DNA of 54,190 nucleotides from the IMG/VR virus record IMGVR_UViG_3300003267_000167, positions 1 to 54,190 of that record; one strand, written 5' to 3'. The DNA is from a virus (Duplodnaviria > Caudoviricetes). Below are positions 45,299 to 54,190 of this stretch, piece by piece. A model generated the notes under the pieces. That model saw nothing but the letters and a program-made list of their open reading frames with translations, searched no databases and was not told the DNA's origin. The position numbers were made by a program, and so were the translations under genes. Positions within the stretch are counted from its first letter, which is position 1. Every line of letters begins with the position of its first letter.

Positions 45299-45553
45299 AT
45301 GGCCATAATTCATAAAATCGAAATTTTCATCTTACGCGAAGGCGTACCGGACAAAAGCGCGTCCAAATGGGTCAAGGACGGCGAGTATGTAGGATTTCAG
45401 GCGTCCGACGTTCTGGCGACGGCGGACGGCCACATCGCGGCGCACCTGGCCAAAGGCAACCCGCCGGAGAGTTACGTTGCGATGTACACGACCGGGACGC
45501 GCTACATAATGCCGCCATTCGCGCGCCCGTCCGACCCGGAGGGCAAGCGATGA
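45299..45553 (+). CDS. Hypothetical protein
   Basis: AAGGA RBS; operon spacing. Confidence 0.55.
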   Translation: MAIIHKIEIFILREGVPDKSASKWVKDGEYVGFQASDVLATADGHIAAHLAKGNPPESYVAMYTTGTRYIMPPFARPSDPEGKR

Positions 45554-45795
45554 TTGCGACGGCCGAAGAGAATATAAAGGCGGGGGACCGCTCGATTTTG
45601 GTCTTTGGGTCGGCCTATCGTCTCTCTACCCTTACAAGTATCGAACCGGACGGCCTGGCGATGAATGACGCGCGCCCGGCCGAAGCCGTTGAAGTGTTGG
45701 CGCTTTACGGCGAAGGCGAAATTGACCGACCACAACCTATAGACACGATCGGAGCTGAGAGGCCGCAAGATATAGGGGGCGATCCATGTTTATGA
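45550..45795 (+). CDS. Hypothetical protein
   Basis: GGAGG RBS; ATGA overlap. Confidence 0.55.
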   Translation: MIATAEENIKAGDRSILVFGSAYRLSTLTSIEPDGLAMNDARPAEAVEVLALYGEGEIDRPQPIDTIGAERPQDIGGDPCL

Positions 45796-45907
45796 TTCTT
45801 ATTTGCCGATTCTTTCATGGGAGCCGCTTTCATCTGTTAGACGATACGGACGGATGGCAAGTAATTCGTTGTCTCCGATGTGAGCGGCTTTATTATGTGG
45901 GTGAGTA

Positions 45908-46342
45908 ATGTCTGAGAATTTCCCTAATGTTTCCCCGTACCAATGGACGCCGAAAAAACAGCAAGCCGCCGTTTTGCTGGCGGAAGGGTTCACGCATCAA
46001 AAGGTTGCCGAACGGGTAGGCGTCACAAAACGCACGATCACCAACTGGCTAGGAGAAATGGAATTTCGCAAGGAAGTGGACACCCTTAGCGTGATGGTCT
46101 CGATTGCCGGCCGGGCCGAACGCCTCCGGATGGCCATGCGCGCCTTCCGTCAGTTTGTTAAAGACGATGGCACGATTACAACGGAAAGAGACGCCCTTGA
46201 CTGGCTCAAATTCGCGCGGGACGAAACGGACGGGATCAAAACCGGCCTTGATGCCGCCTTCGCTAATGCTCTCGCATCTTTCACCGGATCAGGACAAGAT
46301 CGCCTTCGTGAGCCGGACGGCGGCGATTCACCGGGAACGTGA
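45908..46342 (+). CDS. terS: Terminase small subunit (HTH)
   Basis: KKQQAAVLLAEG...VAERVGVTKRTITNW; upstream of TerL. Confidence 0.75.
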   Translation: MSENFPNVSPYQWTPKKQQAAVLLAEGFTHQKVAERVGVTKRTITNWLGEMEFRKEVDTLSVMVSIAGRAERLRMAMRAFRQFVKDDGTITTERDALDWLKFARDETDGIKTGLDAAFANALASFTGSGQDRLREPDGGDSPGT

Positions 46343-47759
46343 AGAGGCCGCCGAACAAGCGAAGGCATACGACGGACGCGCACACGCGCCCAAATTCCGC
46401 GGCGCAAACCTTACGATCCAATCCTACACCGGCCGCGAATGGTTACTGTCCGGACCTTCCGAAACGGGCAAGACCTGGGCGACGCTTTGGCGGCTTGATT
46501 CCCTTCTCCGCGCCACGCCAGGCGCAAAAGCAACCCTACTGAGGAAAGTACAGGCGGACATTCATGGAACTGTGATTGTCACCTGGCAGGCGATACAGCT
46601 TTTGCGCGAAGCTATGGGCGAAGTGCCGGCGCAGGAATACGGCGGACAAAAGCCCAACTTTTACACCTACCCGAACGGCGCGCGTCTTTGGTGCGGCGGC
46701 CTTGACCACGCCTCAAAGATTCTTTCCGGCGAAAGGGATTGGATTTACGTTAATCAGGCGGAAGAGTTGGCCAAGGAAGATTGGGAGACCTTGACCACGC
46801 GCACGACCGGCCGCGGGGCCGTCACGCCGACGCCTATGCTTTTCGGGGACTGCAACCCAGGGGGCGAAGATCATTGGATACAAAAGCGCGAAGATTTAAA
46901 GCTCTTTCACTCAAGGCATGTTGATAACCCTTCGTTGTATGACGACGCCGGCAACATCACGCCGCAAGGCCGCCGGTCAATGGCGACGCTGATGGCCTTA
47001 ACGGGCGTCCGAAAGAAGCGGCTTTATCATGGCCTATGGGTCGGCGCGGAGGGGTTATTCTTTGAGCATTACGACCCGGAGGACACGCGGATTGTCATTC
47101 CGCCGCTTGACTTCCTTCCGGGCGATTGGCCGGTATGGGGGGCGCTTGATTGGGGCCACAAACACCCCTTGGCCTTCGGCCTCTTCGCCGAAGATAACGA
47201 GGGGAACATTCACCTTGTTTGGGAGCATGTCCAAGCGGGATGGCTAATCCCCTACCATTGCCGGGCGATTCGTGAAGGCTTGAAACGCTTCGGCGTTTGG
47301 CCGGAAAAGCTAGAGACGATCGCGGCCGGCCATGACGTGTTCACCACGACCGGCGGGAGTCATTTGGAGGATTTGAAAACCAAGGCCATGCAATTCGCCG
47401 ATTCCAAAGACCCGGTTACGAAGCAAGACAACGGGTTGATTCTGGATTACGCGAACATAGACCGGAAGCAAGGGGCGGCGGAATTAACGCTCCGGATCGG
47501 CAACCCGTCGCCGGGGCTACAGATTGAGCCGACCCTTAAAATTTGGTCACACTGTACGCGGACCGTTGCAACCCTAGCCCGAATGGTACACAATCCGCGC
47601 GACCCTGAAGACGTATTGAAAGTGAACGCCGACCCTCTCACAGCGGAAGGCGGGGACGACGCATACGATATGCTCCGGTATGGCGTCATGGTGAAGGCCG
47701 GCGGCGCTTCCTACGTGCCGGCGGTCGGCGGATCGCGCGGCACCTACCAAACGTTATGA
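46266..47759 (+). CDS. terL: Terminase large subunit
   Basis: GPSETGKT, YVNQAEE, DCNPGG..HWI, DNP, LDWG..HP, DDAYDMLRY. Confidence 0.92.
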   Translation: MLSHLSPDQDKIAFVSRTAAIHREREEAAEQAKAYDGRAHAPKFRGANLTIQSYTGREWLLSGPSETGKTWATLWRLDSLLRATPGAKATLLRKVQADIHGTVIVTWQAIQLLREAMGEVPAQEYGGQKPNFYTYPNGARLWCGGLDHASKILSGERDWIYVNQAEELAKEDWETLTTRTTGRGAVTPTPMLFGDCNPGGEDHWIQKREDLKLFHSRHVDNPSLYDDAGNITPQGRRSMATLMALTGVRKKRLYHGLWVGAEGLFFEHYDPEDTRIVIPPLDFLPGDWPVWGALDWGHKHPLAFGLFAEDNEGNIHLVWEHVQAGWLIPYHCRAIREGLKRFGVWPEKLETIAAGHDVFTTTGGSHLEDLKTKAMQFADSKDPVTKQDNGLILDYANIDRKQGAAELTLRIGNPSPGLQIEPTLKIWSHCTRTVATLARMVHNPRDPEDVLKVNADPLTAEGGDDAYDMLRYGVMVKAGGASYVPAVGGSRGTYQTL

Positions 47760-47941
47760 CGCTTCAATGCCACAAATGCCGGAAGGTTCACGCATTGACA
47801 CTTTCGAGCGGCGCGCGTATCGTTTCGCTTGTTCGGTTTACGTGCAATGGCCTTTTCAATGGCCAGGCTTGCGGGAAGGTCATAACGTACCGGCCGCGGG
47901 CAACCAAGACGCCGCGCACGTCGGCGCAGACACATGATTAA
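47756..47941 (+). CDS. Small Zn-finger protein (Com-like)
   Basis: CHKC...C...C; coupled to terL. Confidence 0.5.
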   Translation: MTLQCHKCRKVHALTLSSGARIVSLVRFTCNGLFNGQACGKVITYRPRATKTPRTSAQTHD

Positions 47942-48283
47942 GACGACGTTGATTGAAATACACTGGCAATGACCTTTGACCGGAACCGCGCAAGAGTCCG
48001 GCAAAGTGAGCCGACAAGAGGGCAAGACGTCGCGCGGGATTTCTTGCCCGACGCCTTTGAAATTGCATCATCCTTTCTGATAATAGGCGTGTTCTTTTGC
48101 GGAGAGTGCCTATTATTGAATGGGCGATATTAGCCACAAGGGGCGGCAATGTGGCTATGGCCGGCGTCATTATTGGGTGAGTGACGCCGGCCGCTTCCCT
48201 TCTCAACTTCCTTCGCAGTCGCGGGCCACTCTTCAGGCTTCGTGCAAACTCCGGCTTGATGCAACCGGAACGAAGCGCGAGCT

Positions 48284-49738
48284 ATGGCTAAGCGACGAAA
48301 CCAAGCAAAACTCCGGATCGTTCCACAACCCGACGCCCCCGCGGACGTCGCGCCCGTGGACGGCGGCCGCGAATACGTTGCCGCGTCAGGCGTGAGCTTC
48401 GCCGAACGCGGCACGGTCCTACCGTCTACCACGATCAACGAAGATTGCCTTGACCCGAAAATATACCGCCTCATGGGTCATGACCCGGAGGTTGCCAAAG
48501 ACCTTTGGCTATTGGTTTCGTCCGTCCTGGCGGACGGTCCTAGCCTGAAGGGCGTTGAGCTTCCGGAGACCGACGCGCGGGCGGAGACCGCGAACAAGTT
48601 TTATGAGTTCCACAAACGCAACCTTGAGGGGTTGGAAAAGCCGCTTGCCGACACGCTGGAAAAGCTTTTGAAAGAGGCCATTCAATACGGCAACAAGGTC
48701 GCCGAACAGACATGGCAACTGATGGAGGACGGACCCGACGCCGGCCTTGCCCGTCATAAGTCAATCAAGGTCAAAAGCCGGTCGGCCGTTCAATTCGTCG
48801 TGGATAAGTTTTGGAACGTCCTGGGGCTAATGCCGACGCTTTACGGCAACACGACGCCGGGCGCGATCATTCCCCGTTCAAAGTTTGTCGTCCTGACGTT
48901 GCGCGAAGAGGACGAAGACCCGCGGGGGACGTCATGGCTACGGCCGGCCGCGAACGGTTGGAAGTTTAAGCAGGAAACATGGCCTATTTTCTTTCGGTTT
49001 TTAAAGCGCGTCGCCATTCCCTCTTTAGTCGGCAAGACCGCGCCAGGCAGTAAGGATGAACGGGTCATTGACGCGGACGGAAACCCCGTCATGGTGAATG
49101 GCAAGCCCAAGGTAATACGCCCGCAGGACGTCCTGTTAAACGCGCTAGTCAATTTTGAAAATTCCGTTGCGATCGTCGTCCCGCCCGGCGCGGAGGTTGA
49201 CCCGCTCGAAACCACGCACCAGGGCGAACTGTACGAACGGACCATTGAAATCTGTAATACGGAAATCACAAACGGCATTCTCTCGCAGACCCGCGCGACC
49301 AACGAAGCGCAGCACGGAAGCAAGGCGGACAGCACGACCGCCATGACGATCCTTGATTTAATCATTTGGTATCTGAAGGGGAAAATCTGTTACACGGTCG
49401 CGCATGACATTATGTTGCCGATTCACCTGGCCAACTTCGGAAACCAAGACCTTGACCTTTTGCCCGTCTGTACCCTGGGGGACTCCGAACGCAAAGATTG
49501 GGCGACCGACGCGACCGCCGCCGCGGAGCTATTCGGCAAAGTCACCCCGTCGCAATGGCTCGCGCTATTAACGCAACTTGGCGTCCCTCCGCCGGAAGAG
49601 GGGGAAGAGTTACCCGCGGCCGCGCCAATGCCGCCAGCGGGCAATATGCCGCCGCCAGGGGGTAAGGGCGACCCGGCCGAAGAGACGAAGCCGCCCGCGA
49701 AAGACGATCAACCAAACGAGGGAGGGCAAGCCAAGTGA
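48284..49738 (+). CDS. Portal protein (DUF935/Mu gp29-like)
   Basis: DPRGTSWLRPA, P.LVGK, CNTEITNGILSQT; between TerL and protease. Confidence 0.88.
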   Translation: MAKRRNQAKLRIVPQPDAPADVAPVDGGREYVAASGVSFAERGTVLPSTTINEDCLDPKIYRLMGHDPEVAKDLWLLVSSVLADGPSLKGVELPETDARAETANKFYEFHKRNLEGLEKPLADTLEKLLKEAIQYGNKVAEQTWQLMEDGPDAGLARHKSIKVKSRSAVQFVVDKFWNVLGLMPTLYGNTTPGAIIPRSKFVVLTLREEDEDPRGTSWLRPAANGWKFKQETWPIFFRFLKRVAIPSLVGKTAPGSKDERVIDADGNPVMVNGKPKVIRPQDVLLNALVNFENSVAIVVPPGAEVDPLETTHQGELYERTIEICNTEITNGILSQTRATNEAQHGSKADSTTAMTILDLIIWYLKGKICYTVAHDIMLPIHLANFGNQDLDLLPVCTLGDSERKDWATDATAAAELFGKVTPSQWLALLTQLGVPPPEEGEELPAAAPMPPAGNMPPPGGKGDPAEETKPPAKDDQPNEGGQAK

Positions 49739-51159
49739 GCGGACGCCTTTTTAGTCTCGCGTGTCAACAAGTGTGGCTGTGCCGGCCTGACGTCGTGGAG
49801 ACCTATTTACAGATCATTGACCGCGAACAGACCGGCGACTTTGAAGCGGTCGCGAAGAAACGGTCTCGCTACTTGGACAACGCCGACGCGGCGCGCAAGC
49901 GGGATGGGGTCGCAATAATCGAAGTCCTGGGGCCGATTGTCCGGCGGGCCGACTTCTTTACGGAAGTGAGCGGCGGGGCGTCCGTGGAATCGTTGGCGCG
50001 CGACTTTGAGACCGCGCTTAATGACAACAAGATTAAGGCGATCGTTTTGGAAATGGACTCCCCAGGGGGCGAAGCCGGCGGCATCAACGAATTTAGCCAA
50101 ATGGTCTTTGACGCCCGCGGCAAGAAACCGATCGTTGCCTACGTTGACGGGGAGGCGGCGAGCGCGGCGTACTGGATTGCGAGCGCGGCGGATGAAATCA
50201 TCGCGGAGCCTACTGCAATCCTGGGGTCAATCGGCGTCGTGGCGAAAATCGCCAACCCGGACGCCAAGCGCGCGACGGACGTAAAGTTTATTTCCTCACA
50301 GTCCCCGAACAAGCAAGCCAACCCGAACACGGAGGCGGGGGCCGAACAGTGGCAAAACTTGGTTGACCACATGGCGGAGGTCTTTATCTCCGCGGTCGCG
50401 CGAAATCGCGCGGTCTCCGAAGAGACGGTCTTAAACGATTTCGGCGCGGGCGGCCTTTTGGTCGGACGCCGCGCAGTAGAAGCGGGCCTGGCCGACCGGC
50501 TAGGGTCGTTTGAATCAACCCTAGACGAACTTGCGGCCGGCGTCTGGACTCCGCCGAAGCGGGAGGCCAAACGACCCGGCGCGCAATCGGAGGAAAAAAT
50601 CATGGCAGACAGTCAAGACATGGGCGTCATTGACCGCATTAAGGCGCTATTGAACGGCGACAAGCCGGCCGCCACGACGGACCCGGCGAAGCCGGCCGCC
50701 ACGACGGACGACCAGCAAGCGCGCATTGCGGCGCTTGAGGCCGACGCGCGCAAGGGGCGCGAAGAGGCGGAAAAGGCGCGTCAGGACGCGGCCAGGGCGC
50801 AAGCCGACGCGATCAAGGCGCGGGCGGAGGCGTTCGCGGAGGCGTCAATCTCCGCCGGCAAGGCGCTCCCCGCCGAGCGGGCGACGATGATTGACCGCTA
50901 CATTTGTTATGCCGCGGACGACCTGGCCATGCCGGTCGCGGAGGGCCAACCGTCGCGCGTTGACCGCTACAAGGCCGACCTTGAGGCGCGCAAGGCGCAT
51001 GCCATGTTCGCCGAACAAGTGCCGGAGAAAGAGGCGGCCGCTAAGGCGGTCGCGACCGACAAGGGCGGCGAAGCCGGCGGCGAACTGACCGAAGCGCGGA
51101 GAAAAGAATTGCTGGCGCACACGTCCCTTGGTCAGACCGTCCTGGGGAGCGCGAGCTAA
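49735..51159 (+). CDS. S49 prohead protease fused to scaffold
   Basis: DSPGGE, AASAAYWIASAAD, GSIGV, GLADRLG; coiled-coil C-terminus; possible internal start MADSQD after GGAGG. Confidence 0.92.
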   Translation: MSGRLFSLACQQVWLCRPDVVETYLQIIDREQTGDFEAVAKKRSRYLDNADAARKRDGVAIIEVLGPIVRRADFFTEVSGGASVESLARDFETALNDNKIKAIVLEMDSPGGEAGGINEFSQMVFDARGKKPIVAYVDGEAASAAYWIASAADEIIAEPTAILGSIGVVAKIANPDAKRATDVKFISSQSPNKQANPNTEAGAEQWQNLVDHMAEVFISAVARNRAVSEETVLNDFGAGGLLVGRRAVEAGLADRLGSFESTLDELAAGVWTPPKREAKRPGAQSEEKIMADSQDMGVIDRIKALLNGDKPAATTDPAKPAATTDDQQARIAALEADARKGREEAEKARQDAARAQADAIKARAEAFAEASISAGKALPAERATMIDRYICYAADDLAMPVAEGQPSRVDRYKADLEARKAHAMFAEQVPEKEAAAKAVATDKGGEAGGELTEARRKELLAHTSLGQTVLGSAS

Positions 51160-51222
51160 CCGCAGACCATCGGCGCGACTCTCCCCGCGCTTTCACGATC
51201 AACCCACAACCCGGAGGGCAGC

Positions 51223-51651
51223 ATGGCCACATCAGCAACGAACACTTTCCAAAACACCAAGCTTGAGCCGGCGCGGGCGTGTGACGCCAGGACCGAAGCC
51301 GTACCCTTCGGCGCGTCGCTAACCGTCGCCAAGGGGACGGCCGTAGCGCGCAAGGCGTCGGACAATAAATGGTATCCCTACAATGACGCCGGGAGCGGCG
51401 GCCTTGAAGTGTGCCGCGGTCTTGCTCAGTACAGTTTCGTGACGGACTCAGGCGGCAACGTCTTTTACGGCACGTCGGCCGTCAGTGAGCAGGGGACGGC
51501 CGGCGAACTGACCGCGCCTATTTACGTCCAAGGGGACTTTTTCGGGGCCGACCTGACCGGCTTTGACGCGGCCGCAATGGCGGACCTAAACGGCCATCTC
51601 ATTTACGGGGACGACCTGGCGGACGCAAACGCGATGGTCCACATCGGGTAA
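51223..51651 (+). CDS. Head decoration protein
   Basis: Between protease and capsid; KGT.VA...KWYPY...GSGG.E. Confidence 0.75.
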   Translation: MATSATNTFQNTKLEPARACDARTEAVPFGASLTVAKGTAVARKASDNKWYPYNDAGSGGLEVCRGLAQYSFVTDSGGNVFYGTSAVSEQGTAGELTAPIYVQGDFFGADLTGFDAAAMADLNGHLIYGDDLADANAMVHIG

Positions 51652-51699
51652 GTGAAGGGCGACCCGATACCAAAGACAATTTTCAAGGAGTGAAAAATC

Positions 51700-52722
51700 A
51701 TGGCTACCTTCATTTATCCCAGCAACGGCGAGTTGTCACAGATCGCCCAGACCAAGATTCCCAACCTGACGAAAGACCGGCCGATTTTCCGGATTCTGCC
51801 AATCATTACGAAGGATTGGGACGTCTTGCGCTGGGAGCAAAAGGACAATTACGTAGGCTTGCAGCAAGTCCGCGGCCTTAACGGTCGGCCGGGGCGCGTG
51901 GCGCGCGTCGGCGCGAAGCAATACACCATGACGCCCGGCGTTTACGGCGAGTTCACGACCGGCGACGAATTGGAACTGACCCGCCGCCGCCAATTCGGCA
52001 GCTACGGCAACGCGCCAATCTCCGTTGACGATATTGTCATGGAGTGCCAAGACCAGTTGCTAGGCCGGCGTCTTGACCGGATTGAAAAAATCGGTTGGGA
52101 CTTGCTGACCGCCGGGACGTTTAGCGTAGCGGGGCCGGATGGTGTCACCATGCACACGGACACCTTCACCTTGCAAACCGCTTCGGCGGCGGTCCCCTGG
52201 GCGACCTTCGCGACCGCCACGCCGCTTAAGGATTTTCGCGCGGTCCAACTGCTTTCGCGCGGAATTTCCGTGAGTTTCGGCGCGGACGCGGAAGCGTACA
52301 TGAATCGCGTCACGTTTAACAATCTCGTGGCAAACACCAACACGGCGGACTTGGCCGGCCGCCGCACGTCGGGCTTGCAAACGGTCTTAACGCAAAACGA
52401 GATTAACAACATTCTGGCCGGCGAAGGCTTGCCGCAGATCGTCGTCTTTGACGGCGGGTATCTGGACTCAAGCGGCACGTTTCAACCCTTCATTCCTAAC
52501 TCAAAGGTTACGATCGTCGGCCGGCGGTTGGACGGGGCGGCCATCGGTAATTACGTGTACACCCGGAACGCCAACAATGAAGGGATGGCACCCGGACCGT
52601 ACATGTTCGTCAAGGACACGCTCAACGAATATGTGCCGCGAACGTTGGAAGTCCATGACGGGCACAACGGCGGGCCGATCCTTGAGTATCCGGGCGCGGT
52701 CGTAGTTCTGACCGTCTCTTAA
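51700..52722 (+). CDS. Major capsid protein (lambda E-like)
   Basis: 340 aa; RRLDRIE, ATPLKDF, FIPNSKV; strong RBS. Confidence 0.88.
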   Translation: MATFIYPSNGELSQIAQTKIPNLTKDRPIFRILPIITKDWDVLRWEQKDNYVGLQQVRGLNGRPGRVARVGAKQYTMTPGVYGEFTTGDELELTRRRQFGSYGNAPISVDDIVMECQDQLLGRRLDRIEKIGWDLLTAGTFSVAGPDGVTMHTDTFTLQTASAAVPWATFATATPLKDFRAVQLLSRGISVSFGADAEAYMNRVTFNNLVANTNTADLAGRRTSGLQTVLTQNEINNILAGEGLPQIVVFDGGYLDSSGTFQPFIPNSKVTIVGRRLDGAAIGNYVYTRNANNEGMAPGPYMFVKDTLNEYVPRTLEVHDGHNGGPILEYPGAVVVLTVS

Positions 52723-52758
52723 TTTCTTTCCCGCGGTGCTACTAAGGCAACTATTCAC

Positions 52759-52797
52759 CCGCCAGCGCGGCCGCGCGCTTCGCTGGCGGTTTTTTTG
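52759..52797 (+). terminator. Intrinsic terminator after the capsid gene
   Basis: CCGCCAGCG...CGCTGGCGG-TTTTTTT. Confidence 0.75.
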
Positions 52798-52806
52798 GAG
52801 GCAATC

Positions 52807-53214
52807 ATGGCAGAGCAGAACGAAGCGAAGGCGGCCGGCGGCGGCAAGCATTACGTGGTCATGCATGGGACCGTGGCGTTGCCGGAGAAAGAGGCGGTGT
52901 ATCAGGGCAACATCGTTGAGTCGCGCGACTTCGGCGACCAACTGCAACGGCATTTGGACAACGGGGCGATACGTGAGGCGACGCCCGCGGAGGTCCGGGC
53001 GGGCCGTGCCGGCGCGGTCGGCGAGGTCACGCTTGAGGATCAAATCAAAAACGAAGAGGCCGAAATTGAGGCCGGCAAGGCGCGCATTGAGCAGTTACGC
53101 GGGCAGATCGCGGAGCGCGACGCGCGGGCCGACCACGCGGCAAGGAAGGCCGCCGACAAGGCCAAGCAAGGCGTCCAGACGTCGCCGGCCGGCCGGGTTG
53201 CCGAAAACAAGTAA
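52807..53214 (+). CDS. Hypothetical virion-associated protein
   Basis: GGAGG RBS; L...GAIRE motif common in genes after the capsid gene. Confidence 0.7.
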   Translation: MAEQNEAKAAGGGKHYVVMHGTVALPEKEAVYQGNIVESRDFGDQLQRHLDNGAIREATPAEVRAGRAGAVGEVTLEDQIKNEEAEIEAGKARIEQLRGQIAERDARADHAARKAADKAKQGVQTSPAGRVAENK

Positions 53215-53220
53215 ACCCCT

Positions 53221-53703
53221 ATGCCGACCAGCGCAGACATTACGGCGGCCGTCGCCTTGACGGATATCGAGGGCGAACGCCTCAAGGGCGCGATCCGTGC
53301 CAGTAGCGTCTATCTCGAAACGCCGGAGCTGTACACCGACGCGGGCGACTTGATAGACGATCTCATTGGCGTTGATTTGACGCCTCCGCTATCGGCCGAC
53401 GCCCTGAAGTCGAAACACCTGGCGGCCATCGTCGCCGCGCTCGATACGCTGGGAGACGGGACGGTTGGCGTCAAGGGCGGCAGGTACGGGGCGGACTATT
53501 CGCAAACGCGGGACCGGGACGCCCTTATCGCCGAAGCCTTGGGCACGCTCTACGCCGCGCCGTTTTTCGGCGTGTTGGAAGACGGATCATCGGGGAGCTA
53601 TGCCGCCAGGACGATGAACGAAGTTACTTGCTGCGCCTTCTGTCTGTCCTGGCCGTGTAACTGCATCCAGCGGCCAACGGGCGGCGGTTGGGCGGCATGC
53701 TAG
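53221..53703 (+). CDS. Putative head-tail adaptor
   Basis: Synteny only. Confidence 0.5.
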   Translation: MPTSADITAAVALTDIEGERLKGAIRASSVYLETPELYTDAGDLIDDLIGVDLTPPLSADALKSKHLAAIVAALDTLGDGTVGVKGGRYGADYSQTRDRDALIAEALGTLYAAPFFGVLEDGSSGSYAARTMNEVTCCAFCLSWPCNCIQRPTGGGWAAC

Positions 53704-53918
53704 CGAGTTCGCGCCGCTTTCTTGCTCTTTGCAGCCAAGGAAATCGTCTTGAATCAAGCGTCAAGCTTGAGACGCACGGGCGGTAACTTTGGATTGTGTA
53801 ACTTGAGCAAATGAAGTGAAGGGACTTCATTTGATGATCTAGCAATCGCAACCTTTACGACCGGGCGCTTGGCACGGGTAAGACCGACCGGGCGCGGGAA
53901 GCGGCGCGATCACACACT

Positions 53919-54190
53919 ATGCCGGACTTAACCGCAGCATTTCAGAAAGTCTTTGGCGCTTTGCAATCGAAGATCATCCAAGCGCGGCCTTCGGACCTTC
54001 GGTTGTATGACGATGACGGCGCGTTGATTGACACCATCTTGAGCGGCGACGGCTGGTTTCCCGATGAGCTAACGCCGGAGCAAGTCGGCGAGCGGATGCT
54101 TGAGATTCACATCACGGACCGGGACGGCATAGATTTTTCAGCCGTCACATTCTTTGGCATCGGCGGGTACAAATACGAACGGCGCGGATT
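53919..54190 (+). CDS. 5' part of a ~138-aa putative head-closure/neck protein spanning the circular join
   Basis: ATG 53919 (MPDLTAAFQKVF...) stays open to the end and continues in frame at position 2; lies after the capsid genes. Confidence 0.75.
   Translation, partial: MPDLTAAFQKVFGALQSKIIQARPSDLRLYDDDGALIDTILSGDGWFPDELTPEQVGERMLEIHITDRDGIDFSAVTFFGIGGYKYERRG
54173..54190 (+). repeat. Terminal direct repeat (circular overlap), right copy
   Basis: Identical to 1-18. Confidence 0.95.

Larger units (their letters stand above)
1..54190. mobile_element. Complete circularly permuted tailed bacteriophage genome (siphovirus-like, probably temperate)
   Basis: Full set of head, tail, packaging, replication and repressor genes; no host housekeeping genes; ends overlap by 18 bp. 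Confidence 0.95.

Noticed and set aside
50661-50710. Duplicated AAGCCGGCCGCCACGACGGAC in the protease-scaffold gene
   Set aside because: Simple in-frame linker duplication (KPAATTD x2)
1-54190. tRNA or rRNA genes
   Set aside because: No cloverleaf with a T-loop GTTCRA in any intergenic gap by eye; tRNAscan was not run

Overview
This window is an apparently complete, circular, GC-rich tailed-phage genome of about 54.17 kb. An 18-bp terminal overlap closes it, and an ORF reads in frame across the join. It has siphovirus-type structural genes: TerS/TerL, portal, S49 protease-scaffold, decoration protein, major capsid, neck, major tail protein, tail chaperones, tape measure, Dit/hub and two fibres. 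It has a divergent repressor switch with a shared palindromic operator in five promoters. The early region holds an intein-containing SNF2/HARP helicase, ERF, a helicase-methylase fusion, a replication initiator with iteron-like repeats, RusA, MazG-like genes and a TGT/DpdA-like gene. I recognise no integrase, ParA or endolysin. Host-like exported proteins (a TIGR03437-like domain and a beta-helix protein) suggest an Acidobacteriota host; this is inference. Most interesting: (1) a stand-alone ETR1-type ethylene/copper-binding membrane domain heading an envelope-protein cluster; (2) an operon in the usual integrase position, where a membrane protein is predicted to be extended by a -1 ribosomal frameshift and eight co-oriented GTGGAAC repeats are embedded; (3) a +1 UCC_UUU_CGU frameshift in the tail chaperone; (4) two A-B-A'-B' RNA switch leaders; (5) a Gly1 class 3 intein. 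All family calls come from motif recognition by eye, not database searches.
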